From Bacteroidota bacterium (GTDB lineage: Bacteria > Bacteroidota > Bacteroidia > Flavobacteriales_D > Crocinitomicaceae): 64,000 nucleotides of DNA. The notes beneath the pieces are model-generated. The model saw only the letters and a program-made list of their open reading frames with translations, was not told the DNA's origin and did no database searches. The first letter of the stretch is position 1, and every line of letters begins with the position of its first letter. The stretch is from the NCBI GenBank assembly GCA_024280295.1, contig JAJRQK010000025.1, forward strand, positions 22,523 to 86,522, in the 5' to 3' direction. This document shows, piece after piece, positions 1 through 10,406 of this stretch. The translations under genes were made by a program, and so were the position numbers.

Positions 1-2825
1 GAATTATTTGGATCTGAATTGTCATTATTTGGGATAAAAATTCCTGACCTAATCCAATTTGTCGGAAAAAAGCTATCATCATCAGAAACCCCTGTAAGCC
101 AAATTTTAGAACTATCAGCAAACTCAATACTGGCACCAAGTATCCCAGTTGATAATGCAAATCTCCCCGTATTAGCTGCATCTTTGGGTAAAAAATACAT
201 TTCCTGATGAATCTGTACCGAAATACCCCATTTGGGAATTAGTTGCTCATTGTTATTTTCAATGGTTCGATCTGAATGTACAGAATCTAGGAGTGCTCCA
301 TTTAATTCAGAGTAGCGATAAATTACCCAACTTGCAGTGTCCGCACCATTTGAGTTATTGCTACTCCCAGCAACGTAGTTAGTAAACTTACATTCGAAAT
401 AGCCATCTGCAACATTTAATGGATCTATCACTTTAACATTTAATGGACCTTTTCCAAAATCATACGTTGGGTTTTCCATAAAACCATTTGCTAAGATGTA
501 ATCGCTAGAACTTACTGTGAGGTCGAGGTAGTGATTCCCATTTCCATGTCCATCTAGTCTAGTAATCTGAGGGGTTGAACCATAGGCAACATTTTGTACC
601 GTTCCATTTGCTTCAGGTATGGGGTTATGTGGAATTACTTCAATGATCTTTACCTCTCCAAATGCTGCTTTTCGACTTGCTATGTACCTCTTTTTTTGAC
701 CATCTAAACCAAGTGGATCTGTTGGATTGTACTCTTTGAAATTATTGTGGGCATAGGCAATCGCTATAAAGTAATAACGCTTAAAATTAACTAATCGATT
801 ATCGCCCTGGGCAAATAAATCAGTTGTTACTCGAAAAGAATGTTGAATTCCTTCATTTGCTCCATCCACTCGTTCTACGGGAATACTTGCCTGTAACTCT
901 TCATCAAATTCGAAATTGATAATTTGATCAATCTCATCTTTAATGTCACATTGTGCTGTTATTCTTGCTTTAGTTGCATCCGTTAAATCAGAAATCGCAA
1001 CATTATCACTAATAAGTTGATAGATTTGATATCCTTGGAAACGATAATTGAAATCTGCAAGTGAATCCGAAGAAACTAAAAACGGATCAAACTCTATGTA
1101 TTGCTCATTCGCGTTGTTCGAATTGGAGGGATTGCTTAACATTAATATCACCTCGTTTTCCAATTCTTGAAAATTTAAATCTGGTGCATGTGGAGCTTCC
1201 AAAACCTTGAAACAATTTTCGAATAATGCCTGTGCTTTGTCATCAGCTTGTTGTAAAACTTTGACCGACGCAAAAGGGTCACCAGAGGATGCTTGCGCCC
1301 AAACAATTCCAACAGTAATATTATTGACTGCGCCAGGCGTTAAGATAAATGGTCCAGCAGATTGCACAAAACGTCTATCGAAAGGGACATTTCCCGCTGT
1401 TTGCTCCGTCCATTCAGGTAAAACTTGACCACCAGTTCCCCAACCTAACGGATCAGAATCTCCTGGGAAAATAAACTCACAAGGAGCTGAAAGATTAGCT
1501 TGTGGGTCTGATAGATGACCAGATCCCCCATAATAGAAAGGACTTCCGTCTTTCCAAAATCCACGCAAATAATTGTAATAATCAGCCGCTGCGATTGGGT
1601 CTGTTTGATTGACGTTTCCTTGGCCGAGGTTATTATAGTATAAAAAGCGTCTCATTCCAAACCGTTCATTGTCAATTATACCATCACCAAATCCAATACC
1701 GTTGAGTGCTTCTCCAGGGCCAATCCCAATTGCATTATCTATTCCATCATTGTCCTGAAACGGTCCTTCGAAGAAATCGACTCCTACCGCAGGAGGATTA
1801 TCACCATAACCCAAGAAACCAGAATTATCACCATCGAAATTATTTCCATTGTAATAATATCCTAAACCTCGCTGAACATCACACCCAACATAATCATCAA
1901 ATGGATCTCCAAGTGCACCATCCGTAAAATAACCGAAGTAAGTATCATAAAGCGTTTGAGTCCCTCTATTAATCAGTTCATAATTGTAAAAAGTCATATT
2001 GTTGATCTCATCGTTGGAAGCGAAAGAAAACGCTTGAGCTCGAATTTCCATTCCTATAGGATCTCCACCTGTCTCAGTATGAATGTTGCCTTTATCATTC
2101 ATCACCCACCAATAATTTAGATCTCCAAACAACGAAACTCGCCGATCAATCCCACAGTCTTTTGTTTTATGGATATCATGCCATGGATAATCTCCTAGCT
2201 CCCATTGATAAGTCCCATCATTATTACGATCAAAAAACGGAGCCAAGTAATAATCCTGTCCAGCTGCAGCGTCACCATGAGCAGGCCATTTTTTTATAAT
2301 ATCTGGTACTTGATAATCTGGATACAATGTACTTTGGGTATTTGTTCCGTTTTGGGCATCCATCTCTCCAGCTGTGTACCAAGAATCAAACAAACGAATT
2401 TCATCCTGTGCAGAAACAAAATGCTTATCGTATTTGCTGCAATTATCAGAATTAGTCTCAGCTGCTCCTTCTGTAAGTGGCCCTGTCCAGTAATCTTGAC
2501 CATTACGATAGCGAAGCGCTGCAAGTTTAAGTTGGTTGTTGACATCCGTTCCTCCTAACCACAATGCAGAAGTAAATAGTGCCATTCTTCCAGAATTTTT
2601 AGGGATTTCATATTGCGAGAAGTTCTGTCCAGGCACCTGCCACATATTACCTGCGGTGTGTACCAACATACGAACATTATTCAGCTCCATATAAGTGGAT
2701 GTTGACGGAGGGATACATCCTGCTGCTTTCTCTATTTCTGTTTCTAGATGTGTATAACCAGCGTATGGCTGTCCAAATACTAGTAGCCCAGAACCTATTA
2801 ATAGAAGTGTGAGGATGATTTTCAT
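1..2825 (-). CDS. Large secreted protein of unknown function; N-terminal ~941 codons only, because the 3' end runs off the window start
   Basis: ATG at 2825-2823 is followed by a signal-peptide-like MKIILTLLLIGSGLLVFGQ. Hand translation of the minus strand stays open to position 1. It is absent from the ORF track because it has no in-window stop. The only other ORFs in 1-2900 are short and out of frame. Confidence 0.7.
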   Translation of the reverse strand, partial: MKIILTLLLIGSGLLVFGQPYAGYTHLETEIEKAAGCIPPSTSTYMELNNVRMLVHTAGNMWQVPGQNFSQYEIPKNSGRMALFTSALWLGGTDVNNQLKLAALRYRNGQDYWTGPLTEGAAETNSDNCSKYDKHFVSAQDEIRLFDSWYTAGEMDAQNGTNTQSTLYPDYQVPDIIKKWPAHGDAAAGQDYYLAPFFDRNNDGTYQWELGDYPWHDIHKTKDCGIDRRVSLFGDLNYWWVMNDKGNIHTETGGDPIGMEIRAQAFSFASNDEINNMTFYNYELINRGTQTLYDTYFGYFTDGALGDPFDDYVGCDVQRGLGYYYNGNNFDGDNSGFLGYGDNPPAVGVDFFEGPFQDNDGIDNAIGIGPGEALNGIGFGDGIIDNERFGMRRFLYYNNLGQGNVNQTDPIAAADYYNYLRGFWKDGSPFYYGGSGHLSDPQANLSAPCEFIFPGDSDPLGWGTGGQVLPEWTEQTAGNVPFDRRFVQSAGPFILTPGAVNNITVGIVWAQASSGDPFASVKVLQQADDKAQALFENCFKVLEAPHAPDLNFQELENEVILMLSNPSNSNNANEQYIEFDPFLVSSDSLADFNYRFQGYQIYQLISDNVAISDLTDATKARITAQCDIKDEIDQIINFEFDEELQASIPVERVDGANEGIQHSFRVTTDLFAQGDNRLVNFKRYYFIAIAYAHNNFKEYNPTDPLGLDGQKKRYIASRKAAFGEVKIIEVIPHNPIPEANGTVQNVAYGSTPQITRLDGHGNGNHYLDLTVSSSDYILANGFMENPTYDFGKGPLNVKVIDPLNVADGYFECKFTNYVAGSSNNSNGADTASWVIYRYSELNGALLDSVHSDRTIENNNEQLIPKWGISVQIHQEMYFLPKDAANTGRFALSTGILGASIEFADSSKIWLTGVSDDDSFFPTNWIRSGIFIPNNDNSDPNN

Positions 2826-2912
2826 AATGCAGCTTTGAGTGCAAAATACTGAATATTTGGGCGTTGAACCAATACCATGAGATTCAATTTCAACAGGGGT
2901 ATGCTATTCAAA

Positions 2913-4190
2913 TTAGTTCGTTTTCCGCAATCGCTCAACGAAAGTGACTAAGAGTGTAGTAATATCATGGTATTCCATAAAACTAAGTTCTGAATATTTA
3001 TCAAAAACATCATGGTAATTTTTATTCGGTCCCATTGTATAAATGAAGAATGCTGGCACTCCTTTTTCGGTAAACCAGTAGTGATCAGAATTCGCTGCTG
3101 GACCTCTTTTCTTCACTTTAGCAAGTAAGTCCATTTCCGTATTTATAGATTGGAGGAGTTCAAATTCTTTTTCAAAAAGAGTCGCATTTACAGCAGTGAT
3201 TCCTTCTTCACCAGAACCCATAATATCCAGGTTAATTAAAAACCTTATTTTTTTAAGCGGCAGCACTGGATTCTCAGTGAAGTATTTTGAGCCTACCAAT
3301 CCAGCCTCTTCACCTGAGAATGCAACAAACATTATATTGAAGTCGGATGGATGCTCTTTGAAATACTTAGCCATGGTTAAAAGCATCGCAGTTCCAGAAG
3401 CATTATCGTTTGCTCCGGGGAAATAAGTGTCGGTTCCCATTCTACCAAGATGATCGTAATGAGCTGTGAATAAGATCGTTTTTGCGCATTTCTTCTTCGA
3501 AGCAATATAAGTTACAATATTCTGTGTGGTGTAGGAGTCAATTAATTCTGCATCAATGTTGATAGTGAATTCTGCATTACGTTTAACAATAGAATCTTGA
3601 ATTTGTATGAGTGGGAATGCCAATTGATTTCGACTTACAGACCAAGTAAATTTACTATCTACGATCTCAATGACTGGATGATATGCTGCAATAGCTTGAG
3701 CCAAACCAGCGATTTCCTTTTTTTGATCTGCGGTAGCATTAGCAAAATCAAGTAAGAGAGCATTATATTCTTCAGACTCCATGTATCGACCCATTGCTAA
3801 TCCCAATTCTTTTTGATTGAGGGCCGTCTCCAAGCTAATTAAATAAGGCTTTAATTGACCTCGCATTCCACCGGACGAAGGATTCAATAAGAAATGAATA
3901 CCTGGTTTTAATTCTTTTGAACCTTGAATAACTGAAGCATTTCCAGGGAAAGTATTGACTCCTTTTAATTCGTAATGCTGTAATACATCCAATTTTTTAA
4001 ATCCACCAACTTCCAATTTTGCGAACTCTTTTACAATATAATCTGCGGCCAATGAATCTCCTTTTGCGTAATAGCCTCTACCATGAAATTCCGGAGCGCA
4101 AAGCTGTTTAGTAATTCTCCGGACTTCCTCAATTTGGGATATGGCGGAAAATGAGTAAAGAACGACTGCAACTATAAGAAACCTAAGCAT
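2913..4190 (-). CDS. M28 family metallo-aminopeptidase
   Basis: 425 aa with a hydrophobic N-terminus. M28 metal-ligand motifs are readable: HYDHLG, GANDNASG, FSGEEAGLVGS, NLDIMGSG, SDHYWF. Confidence 0.85.
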   Translation of the reverse strand: MLRFLIVAVVLYSFSAISQIEEVRRITKQLCAPEFHGRGYYAKGDSLAADYIVKEFAKLEVGGFKKLDVLQHYELKGVNTFPGNASVIQGSKELKPGIHFLLNPSSGGMRGQLKPYLISLETALNQKELGLAMGRYMESEEYNALLLDFANATADQKKEIAGLAQAIAAYHPVIEIVDSKFTWSVSRNQLAFPLIQIQDSIVKRNAEFTINIDAELIDSYTTQNIVTYIASKKKCAKTILFTAHYDHLGRMGTDTYFPGANDNASGTAMLLTMAKYFKEHPSDFNIMFVAFSGEEAGLVGSKYFTENPVLPLKKIRFLINLDIMGSGEEGITAVNATLFEKEFELLQSINTEMDLLAKVKKRGPAANSDHYWFTEKGVPAFFIYTMGPNKNYHDVFDKYSELSFMEYHDITTLLVTFVERLRKTN

Positions 4191-4914
4191 ATCGTCGTTT
4201 GATTATTGACATAAACTCCAAAACAGCCTCCTCTTCAAGATCCCATGAATTAGAAAATGCCAGCTCTTCCACCTTAACGCTTGCGTCTTCCAACGAAGGT
4301 TGACTGTCTAACGATGAAATTGCTTCTGAAAACAGATCATTTGACCCATCAAATAATTCGCGTATATAACGCAAGCGTTCATTCAAGCCAAACGCACCAT
4401 TCAATGACTCAATCTTACTTTCAGAGAACTGCGAACTTACAGAATTTGGCAGTGTTTTTATCCGCTCTAAGAAGTTGCCTTTCTGATCATCATCAGATTT
4501 AATGGGCTTGGATAGGTTGACTTCCTTGTTAGGTGCTATCTTCTTCTCTTCGACCGCTGGCATTTCAACGATTGTTTCATTTACAACCTCTTCATTAGGT
4601 TTTTCAACTTCGATCACTTCTTCTGCGGTTTCCTCCTCTGGTTCTTTAGTCGAACTCGGCTCTTCGAACAACGAGAATTCTAATCCATTATCATCAACCT
4701 TATCCTCCATTTCCTCCTCAATCTCAACCACTTTTGTTAGGCCAACCTTCTTTTCAAATGCTTTATATTTGAGGATGATACTTCGCTCGTGTAAATAACG
4801 CGTTAGGTCTTCCAGTTCAGATAACTCATCAATAGAGAGGGTTCCGTTCTCTATCTTTTCAATAAGCGTGCTGAGTGACTTTAGTTTTGACTTATATTTT
4901 TCTAATCCTTCCAT
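4183..4914 (-). CDS. Hypothetical acidic protein
   Basis: 243-aa ORF that overlaps the downstream M28 gene by 8 bp. It has an E/D/S-rich central region and no motif I recognise. Confidence 0.5.
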   Translation of the reverse strand: MEGLEKYKSKLKSLSTLIEKIENGTLSIDELSELEDLTRYLHERSIILKYKAFEKKVGLTKVVEIEEEMEDKVDDNGLEFSLFEEPSSTKEPEEETAEEVIEVEKPNEEVVNETIVEMPAVEEKKIAPNKEVNLSKPIKSDDDQKGNFLERIKTLPNSVSSQFSESKIESLNGAFGLNERLRYIRELFDGSNDLFSEAISSLDSQPSLEDASVKVEELAFSNSWDLEEEAVLEFMSIIKRRYA

Positions 4915-5091
4915 GTGTTCCTGATGAATGTTTTTTCAACATTTATGCCAAGTTGCTAACGAAGCTTTTGCTCTGTCCTGCAATTTAGCGAATTTGGTTG
5001 TTCAAAGTTAGTGAAGGATGGTAATTAATCTCAATAAAACTTATCGAGTTGTTGTTGCTCACCTGTTGAAAACCTGTAAAACAAACAAATT

Positions 5092-5667
5092 ATGTTTTTA
5101 GAACATTTCCCAGAAGAAGGAAAAGTACACGGATGGATTGAGGTTGTATGTGGATCAATGTTTTCAGGAAAAACAGAAGAATTAATACGACGATTACGTC
5201 GTGCAGAATTCGCTAATCAGAAGATTTTATTGGTTAAACCGAAAATTGACGATCGCTACCACAAGAAGAATGTTGTAAGTCATCAAGGCACAAGCTTTGA
5301 AGCAATTTGTGTTGATAATTCTAAAGAGATCTTAGTCGTTTGGAAAAAAGAGCGTGTAGTTGCTATTGATGAAGCACAATTTTTTGACGCTGGAATAGTA
5401 GATGTCTGTCATCATTTATCTGCCAATGGTGTACGTGTGATTATTGCGGGTTTAGATATGGATTTTCAGGGAACACCTTTCGGCCCCATGCCACACTTGC
5501 TTTCAATTGCCGAATATGTAACTAAGGTTCATGCGATTTGCGTATCTTGTGGTAACTTAGCACAATTCTCACATCGAACTGTTGCGGAGAAGGAACAGGT
5601 TCTAGTTGGAACTGTTGATCAATACAAACCTCTTTGCAGATCGTGCTTCAATAAAATAGCGCATTGA
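5092..5667 (+). CDS. tdk: Thymidine kinase
   Basis: 191 aa with P-loop GSMFSGKTEEL, DEAQFF, and a C-terminal zinc ribbon CVSCG...CRSC. Confidence 0.9.
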   Translation: MFLEHFPEEGKVHGWIEVVCGSMFSGKTEELIRRLRRAEFANQKILLVKPKIDDRYHKKNVVSHQGTSFEAICVDNSKEILVVWKKERVVAIDEAQFFDAGIVDVCHHLSANGVRVIIAGLDMDFQGTPFGPMPHLLSIAEYVTKVHAICVSCGNLAQFSHRTVAEKEQVLVGTVDQYKPLCRSCFNKIAH

Positions 5668-7943
5668 AACTAAATTACGAATACGGTAAAATTGCTTCTC
5701 TTCTTTCTAGCTCATCCAATTCGGATTCAGTTATCCAATCGATTGGTTATGATACACGCAAGATTTCACAAGGAGAAAATGTCTTGTTTTTTGCCTTGAA
5801 AGGAGATTTCAGAGATGGGCATGATTTTATTGATCAAGCGTATTCAAAAGGAGTTCGCCATTTTGTTGTTTCAAATGTTGGAAGTACAAATCATCTAGAA
5901 GGTACAAATGAAATTGTCGTTGCAGATACGTTCGAGGCACTTCAGCAACTTGCTCACTACCATCGGTCTCAATTTGATTACCCTGTAATTGCGATTACAG
6001 GGAGTTACGGAAAAACAACGGTGAAGGAGTGGTTGAGTGAATTGTGCACACCTGTTTTCAACATAATTCGAAGTCCAAAAAGTTATAATTCTCGACTTGG
6101 TGTTGCCCTTTCATTATTTGAGATGAATGAAGATGCTAGTCTAGCAATCATTGAAACCGGAATTTCAGCCCCAGGCGACATGTCTTCGTTGCAAAAGATG
6201 ATTACTCCATCGCATGGTATTTTCACCTCACTAGGGAATGCACATATTGAACATTTCAGATCAAAGCAAGACCTTAAACTTGAAAAACTCAACCTATTTG
6301 AGACGATTGATCTACTGATTCATCCAAGTTCGATTGAAATCAATCATCCTAATGCAAAAGTTGTTAATAAAAGAGATTTTCAGTCGTTAAAATCTCAGTT
6401 TCAACTAAATGACGATCTTCAATGGCAAAACTGTCAATTAGCAATTGCTATGGCGATAGAATTAGGAGTTCCCGAATCAGTAATTGAGCGAAGTGTTTCG
6501 AAACTTGGAGCTTTATCAATGCGATTGGAAACTTTTGACGGGATTAAAAACAACACAATTATTAATGATGCCTATAATCTTGATAAAGATTCACTCAGAC
6601 ATGCGCTCGAATATCAGCAATTATCTGCTGGGGGTAAGTCGAGAGTTGTCCTTATCGGACTAAGTGAAAAAAATCAAGATGCACGAAGTTGGATTACTGA
6701 AATGGTAAATTCATTTTCTCCAATTAATTTACAGATTGTGAACTCGACTGATTCAGTTGACACTTCAATTTCTGATAGTTCAATCTTGATTAAGGGAGAT
6801 CGAAGTACAAACATGGAGTTAATTGCTGGGAAGTATAAGCGACAACAACATCAGACTTATTTACAAATTGATTTCGGAGCAATACGAAAGAATATCCGTG
6901 CTTACAAGGCAAAATTGAATGTAGAAACCAAAATCCTGTGTATGGTTAAGGCATCTTCTTATGGTTCAGATGCTACTAAGACTGGATTATTTCTGGAGCA
7001 GATGGGTGTCGATTATTTGGGTGTCGCCTATCCAGATGAAGGAGTCGAATTACGAAATCATGGTGTTACGCTACCAATTTTAGTAATGAATTGTGAAGCA
7101 GCAGCTTTTTCGACTTGCATTGATCACAAATTAGAGCCAGCAATATTTTCATTTAGTCAGTTAGAATCATTTGTGCAAGAATTGATTTTACATGCCAAAT
7201 TGAACTACCCTATTCATTTAAAATTAGAAACAGGGATGAATCGAATGGGGATTGATATTCAAGAATTCAATGCTATCGTTCAAAAAATAAATGCTCAACC
7301 AGAGGTGACAATTATTAGCGTTTATTCTCACCTCTCAGAAGCTGATGTTGAAAACTCGGATCATGTTCAAGATCAAATTGATCGTTTTCTGAAGATGTCC
7401 GATAAAATACAATCAACCATTTCTTATCCAATTTTACGTCATTTAATTAACTCTGAAGGGATTGTAAATTACTCAAAGGCACAATTTGATATGGTGCGCC
7501 TAGGAATCGGAATGTATGGTGTGTCAGATAATGAAAATTGGCGAAAAAAATTAGCCCCTTCACTCGCTTGGTACAGTGCTGTTTCTCAAGTTAAACGGCT
7601 AAATCCAGATGATGCTGTTGGTTACCGTAGACGATTTACAGCCGCAAAATCGATGGAGATTGCAATTATTCCTGTTGGCTATGCTGATGGATTTCGAAGA
7701 CAGTTAAGTAATGGGAAAGGTGGGGTTTTCATCAAGTCTACTTTCTGTCCCACAGTTGGTAATGTTTGCATGGATATGATTATGGTTGATGTTACTGGAT
7801 TAAATGTTAAGGAAAAAGATTCTGTTGAAATTATAGGAGTACATCAATCAATTTACGAATTTTCAGAAAAACTTGGAACAATTCCATACGAAGTAATGAC
7901 ACACTTTTCAGGAAGGATGCATCGGAAATTTATTGAGGGGTAA
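5664..7943 (+). CDS. murF-alr: Bifunctional UDP-MurNAc-tripeptide--D-Ala-D-Ala ligase (MurF) / alanine racemase (Alr) fusion
   Basis: 759 aa. The N-terminal Mur-ligase half carries the ITGSYGKTT P-loop. It is fused in frame to an alanine racemase half with the MVKASSYGSD PLP-lysine motif and C-terminal PYEVMT. It overlaps tdk by 4 bp. Confidence 0.85.
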   Translation: MKLNYEYGKIASLLSSSSNSDSVIQSIGYDTRKISQGENVLFFALKGDFRDGHDFIDQAYSKGVRHFVVSNVGSTNHLEGTNEIVVADTFEALQQLAHYHRSQFDYPVIAITGSYGKTTVKEWLSELCTPVFNIIRSPKSYNSRLGVALSLFEMNEDASLAIIETGISAPGDMSSLQKMITPSHGIFTSLGNAHIEHFRSKQDLKLEKLNLFETIDLLIHPSSIEINHPNAKVVNKRDFQSLKSQFQLNDDLQWQNCQLAIAMAIELGVPESVIERSVSKLGALSMRLETFDGIKNNTIINDAYNLDKDSLRHALEYQQLSAGGKSRVVLIGLSEKNQDARSWITEMVNSFSPINLQIVNSTDSVDTSISDSSILIKGDRSTNMELIAGKYKRQQHQTYLQIDFGAIRKNIRAYKAKLNVETKILCMVKASSYGSDATKTGLFLEQMGVDYLGVAYPDEGVELRNHGVTLPILVMNCEAAAFSTCIDHKLEPAIFSFSQLESFVQELILHAKLNYPIHLKLETGMNRMGIDIQEFNAIVQKINAQPEVTIISVYSHLSEADVENSDHVQDQIDRFLKMSDKIQSTISYPILRHLINSEGIVNYSKAQFDMVRLGIGMYGVSDNENWRKKLAPSLAWYSAVSQVKRLNPDDAVGYRRRFTAAKSMEIAIIPVGYADGFRRQLSNGKGGVFIKSTFCPTVGNVCMDMIMVDVTGLNVKEKDSVEIIGVHQSIYEFSEKLGTIPYEVMTHFSGRMHRKFIEG

Positions 7944-8349
7944 CTATTGGATAATCACGAAGGATAAGGAAAGAAAAAAGGGAATCCAAAAATGCCCCCC
8001 CTTGAAAAGATCGCTTAGATTTACCAAACCGAAGTATTGCTGAGGTTTATATTTTATCGTGTTTAATTTAACATAGATTCAACTAGGTAATACTGAAAAT
8101 GAAATTACTATCTCAATTTTTTTCATAAAGACTTATTTAGAATGATATTGCGCTACATTTTTAGTGTTTAACGATGCCTCTAAATGCTTTACCTTGACTC
8201 GTTTGTACTTCTTAGTGTATAACTTCCATTACTGACACTTGAGATGAGAATTTCAGATTCTAAAGCGTTAGGAGTTAGTTTCTCTTTCTCCCTTCCAAAT
8301 GATCAAATTCGAGATTTTCTTTAATCATCTGTTCTGCCTTACTATCAAT

Positions 8350-10371
8350 CTACTTATTAATGTTTTTACATTTGATGAGGTCAGCACCTTTGCCATCTTC
8401 GGAATACTTTGGTCCGATGAATACGGGTTTACCCCATGAGTTCCCACCAGTGTTTTTAATGTCAATCGAAAACGCATTGGAATAGAAGCACTGACCTTGG
8501 TTATTCTTCCATGCAATGCACACACCTCTATGTAATTGCTTGTTCACAGGACGATTATAGGCATCTGTAAAGAGTTCGAATTGCTCCTTGATAACACTTA
8601 CTGCTTGCACATTATATCCAAGATTTTTAGCTCCCGATGTTGCTAAATTGACGTACTGAGAATGCAAAGACCCAGATTTCGGCATTCTTGCAGCTTCCAC
8701 CTCCGCCTCAGCTATAGCTTTTCGTAATTCCACTAATTTTTTAATTCCAGATTCGGTGATTTCCAGATCATACGTTTTCTTGAATGATTTATCTCTATGT
8801 CCAGTAAAGAATATTTCAACTTCCATTTTATGTGTTTCTCCAGGCATCAATCCCATCACGCAACCTGCAAATAGCCAATAGGTATCATCAAACCACTTAT
8901 TTCTTGAGTATTCCTCGACACTTGGAAAAAGAGGCAGGGATAAATACGAATTTGCTTCTTCGGCATTTGAGATGTCGTATTGTCGTGCATTGTGTGTTCC
9001 TCCACAACCTTCCCACTCAATTCCAACTTGGTCGTTGAAGCGAATTACTGCACCCACCATCGTTGATCGATCCAATAAATCTTTGAGTGGAGTATTGGCA
9101 AGAAGTAAAAAATGCAGCGATGCTGTGTTCTCGTCAATTACAATTTTCTCACCACAGAAATTAGTTTGTGACGTTTTGTTATAGTCAATCGCTTGGTGCG
9201 CGATCAACAACTCTCCTCTGTGCTGTTTATGGAAATCATTACCCAAGTATTTGCTGTAAGTACTCATCAACTTATCATCTATAAATTTCCCTTCTTTAAT
9301 AGAATACGACAAATAGGAAGCATATTCAGAATTTCCAGGATCTGCACCTAAGTAGACATTCATCATCCCTTCAAACACTTTCCATTCCTTTAGAGCGGCT
9401 TCTTGTTGATGGGTTGTTGCATTAACTGGGTGTTTTGCCGCTTTGGTTGCTTCTTTTGCGCGGTCAAATCGAGTTTTAACCTGACTTGGATAATTTTCAG
9501 CAATCAATTTGGGAAGTTTCTCAAGTACATAGCCTCTATAGTTTGTCAGAGGGTCTGCTGTTTTGCCTTGCTCTGTATATTCTCTAAATGACGTAAACAG
9601 CTTTTCGAAATCTTCTGGTGATCCAAGTTCAGACCAGTTTTTGTATGCATTGGCATTTGAAATTTCGGGCATTTGAGAATCATTTGAAACTTTTAGCACA
9701 TAGTCGATCATTCTCTTTAGCTCAGCACTTTCCTCCTGAGATAATTCATTTGTAACTTGCGAATTTGTCTCAGCTATTAACTTTTGATCTGATTCACCTT
9801 TCATGGTTGTTAATCTCTGGTCATAGCTTGATCGCAACTTACTGATCATTTTAGTGTAGACATCCCAATTGTATTTACCATCTACGTCTTTGGATTTACA
9901 TAATTCGACGTGGCGCTTGAGTCCTTTAATGGAAGTATTTGCATAACTCGAATATCGATCGTATTTCAATTGTTCCCATTTCGCATCTGATCCGCTACTC
10001 GATTTCGTGCCACTTTTTGTTTTTGTTCCTTTTGTGGGTCTTGCAGCACCTGAATTACTATAGCCTTCTTCTTCTTTCGTAAGTTCTTTGGATACAAGTG
10101 CATCACCTTCATTTCCAGCATCAACTAGGCGAATATAGTACCGGCGAATGGTGCCACCTGTTTCAGGAATAGACAAATCAGGGTACTTATCCCATTTACC
10201 ACTTCCACTAATAGAACTTGTTTCGGGTTTTTTATCGTCTGTCCCTTTAGGAACCTTTACGACACCTTTATTCAATTTCTTTTTAACCCCTTTCAGCGTT
10301 GGTTGCGCTAGGACTCCAAAACTTGTCGTCATCATCACCGCAACCATCAATAATTTCGTTATTAATTTCAT
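8350..10371 (-). CDS. Secreted hypothetical protein
   Basis: 673 aa with signal peptide MKLITKLLMVAVMMTTSFGVLAQ and a K/S/T-rich linker. Its Cys-containing C-terminal ~60 aa resembles the C-terminus of the 15502-16764 product. Confidence 0.55.
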   Translation of the reverse strand: MKLITKLLMVAVMMTTSFGVLAQPTLKGVKKKLNKGVVKVPKGTDDKKPETSSISGSGKWDKYPDLSIPETGGTIRRYYIRLVDAGNEGDALVSKELTKEEEGYSNSGAARPTKGTKTKSGTKSSSGSDAKWEQLKYDRYSSYANTSIKGLKRHVELCKSKDVDGKYNWDVYTKMISKLRSSYDQRLTTMKGESDQKLIAETNSQVTNELSQEESAELKRMIDYVLKVSNDSQMPEISNANAYKNWSELGSPEDFEKLFTSFREYTEQGKTADPLTNYRGYVLEKLPKLIAENYPSQVKTRFDRAKEATKAAKHPVNATTHQQEAALKEWKVFEGMMNVYLGADPGNSEYASYLSYSIKEGKFIDDKLMSTYSKYLGNDFHKQHRGELLIAHQAIDYNKTSQTNFCGEKIVIDENTASLHFLLLANTPLKDLLDRSTMVGAVIRFNDQVGIEWEGCGGTHNARQYDISNAEEANSYLSLPLFPSVEEYSRNKWFDDTYWLFAGCVMGLMPGETHKMEVEIFFTGHRDKSFKKTYDLEITESGIKKLVELRKAIAEAEVEAARMPKSGSLHSQYVNLATSGAKNLGYNVQAVSVIKEQFELFTDAYNRPVNKQLHRGVCIAWKNNQGQCFYSNAFSIDIKNTGGNSWGKPVFIGPKYSEDGKGADLIKCKNINK

Positions 10372-10406
10372 GTTATTTCAGTATTTATTAATTTCAACTC
10401 AAGAAT

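Noticed and set aside
1207-2558. Plus-strand ORFs 1207-1428, 1706-1927 and 2205-2558, and minus-strand ORF 2294-2545
   Set aside because: All lie inside the long minus-strand ORF (1-2825), which has a signal peptide and stays open for 941 codons. Their translations are low-complexity or compositionally odd. I treat them as shadow ORFs.
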